The notes below the pieces were generated by a model. The model had not been told where the DNA came from and searched no databases. It saw only the letters and a list, made by a program, of their open reading frames with translations. Below, piece by piece: positions 58,434 through 64,000 of a DNA stretch of 64,000 nt (positions within the stretch are counted from its first letter, which is position 1; each line of letters begins with the position of its first letter). Made by a program: the position numbers and the translations under genes. The stretch covers positions 77,780 through 141,779 of the forward strand of contig JBEIPA010000014.1 of assembly GCA_040377305.1 (NCBI GenBank), in the 5' to 3' direction. This DNA comes from Flavobacteriales bacterium (lineage in GTDB: Bacteria > Bacteroidota > Bacteroidia > Palsa-965).

Positions 58434-60215
58434 CTAATTAAACTGATCCTGATTATTCCTGATCAGCTTATCGCGATAGCCCGAGAAAATACTCGACTTC
58501 GAAATAAATCCTGCGTACTTGCCGTCTGAAATTACAGGGAGATTCCATGCGCCGGTTTCGTCGAACTTCTTCATCACTTCGTGCATGTGTTCATCGGGGT
58601 GAACAATTGCCGCAGGTTGCCGCATAATTTCCGCGCAGTTGAGCTGGTTGTAAAGTTCGTTGCGGAACATCACATCACGGATCTGATCGAGAATAATTAT
58701 TCCTTCCAGATTGCCGTCAGCTGCAACAACCGGAAATATATTTCGCTTCGATTTTGAAATCAGGTTCACGAGTTCGCCCAGCGTTTGTTCTGGTGTAACA
58801 ATCTGAAAATCGGTTTCGACTACGCGGGAAACTTTCATCGTACTCAGAATGTTCTTGTCTTTATCGTGCGTGAAAATCTGTCCTTTCTTCGCGAGTGCTT
58901 TCACATCCATGGAGAAGGGCTCAAAGTATTTCACGATCACGTAACTGACTGCCGAAACAATCATCAGCGGAATCATCAATTCATATCCGCCTGTAATTTC
59001 TGCGATCAGAAATATTCCGGTGAGCGGCGAATGAAAAATTCCGGTGAGAATTCCCGCCATGGCCACAATCGTGAAGTTCGCAATGGGAAGTGTGCTGATT
59101 CCGGTGATGTTGAGTCCGTATGAGAATACAAATCCGAGATACGCACCCACAAATAGCGACGGTGCAAAATTGCCTCCATTTCCTCCGCTGCCGATGGTGA
59201 TTCCCGTTGCCAAAACTTTGATCAGCATAATGACTGTTACGAATGCAAGCACGTACAGCGGATTTTCAGCAACCGATTCGAACAAACTGTTTTGCAGTAA
59301 TTTTTCGGGGTGACCTTCTGCGAGTTGTTTGATGCTCTCGTAACCTTCTCCATACAAGGAAGGAAAACACCAGATGAGCAGACTGAGCATCGCACCGCCA
59401 ATAACGGCATTCATCCACGGAAACTTTTTTCTCTTTTTGAAAAACCCGGTGATGCGCGGAAACACGCGTGAGTAATAAACCGAAACGAGTCCTGCTACAA
59501 TTCCCAGAAGCAGATACCACCCAACGTTGTGATAGTCGAATGCCTGTTGCATCCTGAATTCCAATCGCATGGTTTCGTCCATCAGCATCAACGACAGAAT
59601 CGCTCCGGCCGCGGATGCAATCATGACAGGAATAAACAGTGATATCGTTACATCCGCAAGTAAAACTTCCAATGCAAAAAGGACTCCTGCAATTGGCGCA
59701 TTGAAGGCTGCAGCAATTCCTGCGGCTGCACCACATGCGAGCAGAAGCGTACGATCCTTGTACGTGAGCTTATAGGTACGCCCGTAGTTAGAACCAATTG
59801 CCGCACCGGTTGTAACCATGGGCGACTCCAATCCTGCAGAACCACCGAAGCCCACCGTGAGTGCGCTCGTTATCACATGAGAATACATTTGATCGGCTGG
59901 TAGTCTGGAACCTTTTTTTGCAATGGCGTGCAACACGTTTGCGTTTCCGCGACCAAGTTTTCCCTTCAGATGTTTTTGTACGAAAAACACAGTGAGCACA
60001 ATTCCGACAACAGGTAAAATGATTGGTAGTACGCCCTTGAACGCGAAATCGTAATCATTCGTAACTGCTCGGTGAAAAAAGTGCACAAGCATTTTCAGAA
60101 CCACCGCAGCAAGTCCTGCCGTGAGCCCTACCAATACACTGGAAAGAATCAGGAATTGTTTCTTGTCGAGGCGGCTGTGCAACCACTCAATGAAACGTTC
60201 AAATATGCGGATCAT
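58434..60215 (-). CDS. ClC chloride channel with CBS domains
   Basis: GGSAGLESP, AAFNAPIAG, GGNFAPSL. Confidence 0.92.
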   Translation of the reverse strand: MIRIFERFIEWLHSRLDKKQFLILSSVLVGLTAGLAAVVLKMLVHFFHRAVTNDYDFAFKGVLPIILPVVGIVLTVFFVQKHLKGKLGRGNANVLHAIAKKGSRLPADQMYSHVITSALTVGFGGSAGLESPMVTTGAAIGSNYGRTYKLTYKDRTLLLACGAAAGIAAAFNAPIAGVLFALEVLLADVTISLFIPVMIASAAGAILSLMLMDETMRLEFRMQQAFDYHNVGWYLLLGIVAGLVSVYYSRVFPRITGFFKKRKKFPWMNAVIGGAMLSLLIWCFPSLYGEGYESIKQLAEGHPEKLLQNSLFESVAENPLYVLAFVTVIMLIKVLATGITIGSGGNGGNFAPSLFVGAYLGFVFSYGLNITGISTLPIANFTIVAMAGILTGIFHSPLTGIFLIAEITGGYELMIPLMIVSAVSYVIVKYFEPFSMDVKALAKKGQIFTHDKDKNILSTMKVSRVVETDFQIVTPEQTLGELVNLISKSKRNIFPVVAADGNLEGIIILDQIRDVMFRNELYNQLNCAEIMRQPAAIVHPDEHMHEVMKKFDETGAWNLPVISDGKYAGFISKSSIFSGYRDKLIRNNQDQFN

Positions 60216-60251
60216 CTTCGCCAAGGAGCAAAGATAGTCACTTCTCTGTCT

Positions 60252-61568
60252 TTACTTCTTCTGATTTTTCAGCTCCTCATTCGCCATAAATTGCGCGTCG
60301 AGAAAAATCATGGAGTCCAATGGGATTTTGTTCTCTTCTGCCTTGCCCTGGATATTTTTCATCCATACTGCATCCATCCGGATCATTGATTCGTACTTCT
60401 CAATAAGCACGTCTTCTGCGCTCTGGATTTTGTGCAGCACAAAATGATCGTATGCATCATTGATGAAGCCCCAACCTATCCCCCAAATCGTACACTCGGT
60501 TGCCATAATCACCAACACATCATGACCTTCCGCGTCCTTCATGGTGGTTGTTGTAGTCGCTGTTGTCATTGGTTGACCGTCGGTATGATGGACTTCTTTA
60601 TTGTAATAGTAGAACGAAACTTTAGAGAGTGAATTCGGTGCCAGACGGGTGTCGAACATGCTCCAGAAAAAACTGTCGGAGATGGTCATCATCGACGTCT
60701 TGTCTTTTCCGGTAGTGTCTTCGAAGTGATACACCGGGTAGCCCATCGGGTAACCTTTGATATCGCAGAGCAAGTTCATCCCTTTTGCAATGTCATCATC
60801 GGGCGATTGTAACGAATCACTGAGTATTGTGCGTTCCCAGATTACATTCGGCAGATCAACGTTGCGTTTGTGTTCAACATAACCGAGAAGAGAATCAATC
60901 GCGAGCAAAGAACCGTAACGACTCCAGTGTACACCTGTTTTCGGATAGAGCGGGTATTCGGTTTTGCCTTTCATGTTCATGAACCACTTATTGAAATCGA
61001 TATGGTTGATGCTGTCTTTTGCAAGCAACTGAGCAAACACTTTGTAATTCGTACTGTCGGATGCAGTGCCATATTCATCCGGAATATATTCCGGGAAGAA
61101 CGAGGCTTTTCCTGGTGCGAGGCAAATCAGTAGTGTTACGTTTTTTTTCGCCAACGAATCCTGAAGCACTCTAAGACGCTCCGCCATTACGTTCAATTGC
61201 TCGTAGCCGATGTAGTCCTCTCCGGTATATGCTTTAATGTAATTCAGCTCGTACAGGTAATCATCTTTTCCTACGATCACGCCGTTTGCCTTTACCTCGC
61301 CGAAGATCGAATAACCGAGCTGATTATACACGCGCACTAATTCCGGACGGAATCCAAAATTTTCATTGTGCCAGTTGTTGTACGTTTCCTGGTACCATCC
61401 GCTCCACCAACCCTCCAATGAAAACCATGCCGGCTCTGCAGGCGCCTGAAATCCTTTCAACGGAGTAGATTCATAGAACCTCAGATGCTGCTGCGCCAAC
61501 GGAACCAGCAGCACCAGCAGAATGAATGCCAGCAAAACTTTTTTCAGGAGTGTGTGTTTGTTTTCCAT
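60252..61568 (-). CDS. AlgJ/AlgX-like SGNH O-acetyltransferase
   Basis: IVGKDDYLY, APGK, TGVHWS, SDSF; adjacent to MBOAT. Confidence 0.8.
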   Translation of the reverse strand: MENKHTLLKKVLLAFILLVLLVPLAQQHLRFYESTPLKGFQAPAEPAWFSLEGWWSGWYQETYNNWHNENFGFRPELVRVYNQLGYSIFGEVKANGVIVGKDDYLYELNYIKAYTGEDYIGYEQLNVMAERLRVLQDSLAKKNVTLLICLAPGKASFFPEYIPDEYGTASDSTNYKVFAQLLAKDSINHIDFNKWFMNMKGKTEYPLYPKTGVHWSRYGSLLAIDSLLGYVEHKRNVDLPNVIWERTILSDSLQSPDDDIAKGMNLLCDIKGYPMGYPVYHFEDTTGKDKTSMMTISDSFFWSMFDTRLAPNSLSKVSFYYYNKEVHHTDGQPMTTATTTTTMKDAEGHDVLVIMATECTIWGIGWGFINDAYDHFVLHKIQSAEDVLIEKYESMIRMDAVWMKNIQGKAEENKIPLDSMIFLDAQFMANEELKNQKK

Positions 61569-63022
61569 CAGAACCTGAAATATATAAATGGATTAAACCC
61601 GCTTCCGGTTACGTAGCTCAAAGAAACGATGAACAACAGCACAGAGCAAAGTGTCATTGCAACATGTCCGCGCGCTCCCAGCGTAGGAATGCCGTATACT
61701 TTGTCCTGCAGATTTTGTCCGACGCGTAAGAGTACGAAGAATGAAAACAACAGCGCCACAATCAGTGTAACCTTCCATTCAAGATCAGGATACGATGCGA
61801 TTTCACCGGTTCCTGCTCCGAACATCGCTTTGATATATTGCCATCCCGGTTTCAGATGTTCTACTCTGAATAGTACCCAGCCGAGTACAACAATGAACAT
61901 GGTTAGAATGACACGCGGAATTTTTCCAATGTACTTCGTCAACTTCAGCAGGAACAAGCGCTCGACCACAAGGAACAATCCATGCCACGCGCCCCACAAA
62001 ACAAAATTCCAGGAAGCGCCGTGCCATAATCCCGACAACAAAAACACGAGCCACAGGTTGAAGTACAAGCGCAGATCACTCACCCGATTTCCTCCAAGCG
62101 AAATGTAGAGGTAGTTTCTCATCCACGATCCGAGTGTAATATGCCAGCGCCGCCAGAAGTCGGTAATGCTTTGCGCGGTGTATGGATTGTTGAAGTTCTC
62201 CGGAAAGCGGAAACCGATCATTCTTCCCAAACCAATTGCCATGTCGGAATAACCGGAGAAGTCGAAATAAATCTGGAGCGTGTATGCAATTGCAGCGAAC
62301 CAGGCTGTCCCAGTTGTGACTAACGTAGGATCCAGCATGCCTTCTGCTGTTACCGGATCTCCGTAGACACTATCTGCAAACCCCGCCATGGTATTTGCGA
62401 TGAGCACTTTCTTCCCGAGGCCGAGACAAAAGCGATAGAAGCCCATGAGTTTTTCGTCGACATTGTCGCGCGAGCTACGATCCGGAATCTGGTCAGCAAT
62501 TTCGTGGTAGCGAATGATTGGTCCTGCAATCAGCTTCGGGAAGAGAATGATGTACAGCTGATAGTCCCAGAAATTCTTCAGCGGCTTGTGTACACCACGA
62601 TACACGTCAATTACATACGTGAGTGTTTCGAATGTGTAGAATGAAATTCCGATGGGCAACACGAGTTTGGTCCACGTGATTGTTCCTTTTGAACCCATCG
62701 CATGCAGCAAGTCGTTCACATTGTCGATGAAGAAATTGCAGTACTTGAAATAGAACAGCAATCCTACGTTCATGGACACCGACAATAACAGGAAGAATAT
62801 CCGCGTGGCTTTCTTCTTGTTCATGTCGAGCATCTTCACGAAGAAGAAGTCGAGAATGGTTGTGCCGATGATTACGAACACAAACTTCGGCGCGCCCCAT
62901 GCGTAGAAAAACACGCTGGCTCCTAGCAGAATAAAATTCTTGTATTTCCTGTCTGTGAGATAATACAGAATCAGGAACAAGGGCAGGAAGAAACAAAGGA
63001 AAATGCTGCTCGAGAAGATCAT
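61568..63022 (-). CDS. MBOAT O-acyltransferase (AlgI/DltB-like)
   Basis: LPIGISFYTF, YFDFSGYSDMAIG, FWRRWHITL, SGLWHGA. Confidence 0.95.
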   Translation of the reverse strand: MIFSSSIFLCFFLPLFLILYYLTDRKYKNFILLGASVFFYAWGAPKFVFVIIGTTILDFFFVKMLDMNKKKATRIFFLLLSVSMNVGLLFYFKYCNFFIDNVNDLLHAMGSKGTITWTKLVLPIGISFYTFETLTYVIDVYRGVHKPLKNFWDYQLYIILFPKLIAGPIIRYHEIADQIPDRSSRDNVDEKLMGFYRFCLGLGKKVLIANTMAGFADSVYGDPVTAEGMLDPTLVTTGTAWFAAIAYTLQIYFDFSGYSDMAIGLGRMIGFRFPENFNNPYTAQSITDFWRRWHITLGSWMRNYLYISLGGNRVSDLRLYFNLWLVFLLSGLWHGASWNFVLWGAWHGLFLVVERLFLLKLTKYIGKIPRVILTMFIVVLGWVLFRVEHLKPGWQYIKAMFGAGTGEIASYPDLEWKVTLIVALLFSFFVLLRVGQNLQDKVYGIPTLGARGHVAMTLCSVLLFIVSLSYVTGSGFNPFIYFRF

Positions 63023-63072
63023 TGTGCGGAGCGAAGATAAATAATAGTAGGCAGTCACGCCCGCATGTCGCA

Positions 63073-63198
63073 GGCTGAAGCCGACGGTTATCAGCTGCTT
63101 TATATATGTTGGGTGTGCAAGTGAGAAAAATGGCTAAGCCATTTTTCTCACTTGCACCTATTCCCATATATGTCAGCTGATAACCTTGGGCTTCAGCC
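63073..63198. repeat. Long palindromic REP/MITE-like element; partial arm also at 63920-63940
   Basis: ggctgaagcc..gttatcagctg / cagctgataac..ggcttcagcc with inner tgcaagtgagaaaaatggc hairpin. Confidence 0.65.
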
Positions 63199-63266
63199 CA
63201 TGGAGGTATAGCCGAATTTAATCAGCGTGCCGTGGAAAGCGCCGCAGACATCCCTACATTTGGTTT

Positions 63267-63905
63267 ATGAAGAAAGTAGGCATTTTAGGTTCAGGCATAG
63301 TCGCAAAAGTTCTCGGCTCCGGATTTATCAAAAACGGTTACGAAGTAATGCTCGGTACCAGCAACACCCAGAAGCTCGAAGACTGGAAAGCTGTTTCCGG
63401 TGGGAAAGTCGGATCGTTTGAAGAGGCTGCTGCGTTCGGAGAATTGCTTGTACTTGCTGCGAAAGGTTCTGTGGCGCATGAAGTGTTGCAATCTGCACGG
63501 GAGAAAAACTTCAACGGGAAAACAATCATCGATGCAACGAATCCTATTTCAGGTGCACCAATGCATGGAGTTCTTCCCTACTTCACCGATTACAACGAAT
63601 CGCTGATGGAGCGTTTACAAAAACAATTTCCGGAAGCGAATTTTGTCAAAGCTTACAACAGCGTAGGCAATGCGCACATGGTTAATCCGTCATTCGGCGA
63701 TATACAACCAACGATGTTCATCTGTGGCAACAACGAGGCTGCTAAGAAAACAGTTCGCGACGTTAACACCATGTTCGGATGGGAAACAGAAGATCTCGGT
63801 ACCGCAGAAGCCGCTCGGGCGATTGAACCACTTTGTATGCTCTGGTGCATTCCGGGATTTTTGGGTGGTGGATGGAATTATGCTTTTAAGCTACTCAGAA
63901 AATAG
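63267..63905 (+). CDS. NAD(P)-dependent oxidoreductase (F420-dependent NADP reductase-like)
   Basis: GILGSGIVA, IIDATNP, VKAYNS, ICGN. Confidence 0.88.
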   Translation: MKKVGILGSGIVAKVLGSGFIKNGYEVMLGTSNTQKLEDWKAVSGGKVGSFEEAAAFGELLVLAAKGSVAHEVLQSAREKNFNGKTIIDATNPISGAPMHGVLPYFTDYNESLMERLQKQFPEANFVKAYNSVGNAHMVNPSFGDIQPTMFICGNNEAAKKTVRDVNTMFGWETEDLGTAEAARAIEPLCMLWCIPGFLGGGWNYAFKLLRK

Positions 63906-64000
63906 TTCTCGGTGCCGCTGGCTAAAGCCGAGCGGTTATCACTATTCTATTTATGAAAAACGGGCGAGGGGTAAAAAATGTCGTCGACATATTTTAACCC

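Overview
Bacteroidetes-like chromosomal window, judged from TAnnTTTG promoters, T9SS C-terminal domains and A-rich start contexts. The flanks are ordinary: ppi, pheS and pyk on the left; two-component systems, MFS, ice-binding protein, nth, a poly-HAMP kinase, ClC and AlgI/J on the right. The centre (about 8.7-25.5 kb) is an RNA-damage/translation-rescue island. It encodes two RtcB ligases, PrfH, Ro60/TROVE, a WYL regulator with two operator palindromes, an ATP-dependent RNA ligase, an HD-kinase, a metallophosphoesterase, a DEDD exonuclease, a HEPN-motif protein and 16 divergent tRNA genes. Two things stand out. (1) Six Y-RNA-like ncRNAs share one scaffold but carry different cargo modules: a permuted tRNA, a mini-tRNA, a tmRNA-like end, an isolated Asn anticodon stem-loop, a D-armless tRNA-like fold, and an apparent circularly permuted 23S rRNA helix-69 mimic with an 18-nt exact match. 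(2) The tRNA operons are preceded by leader-peptide attenuators whose codons match the downstream anticodons, suggesting a spare-tRNA switch that senses tRNA loss. All RNA folds and coordinates were read by eye and need computational confirmation.
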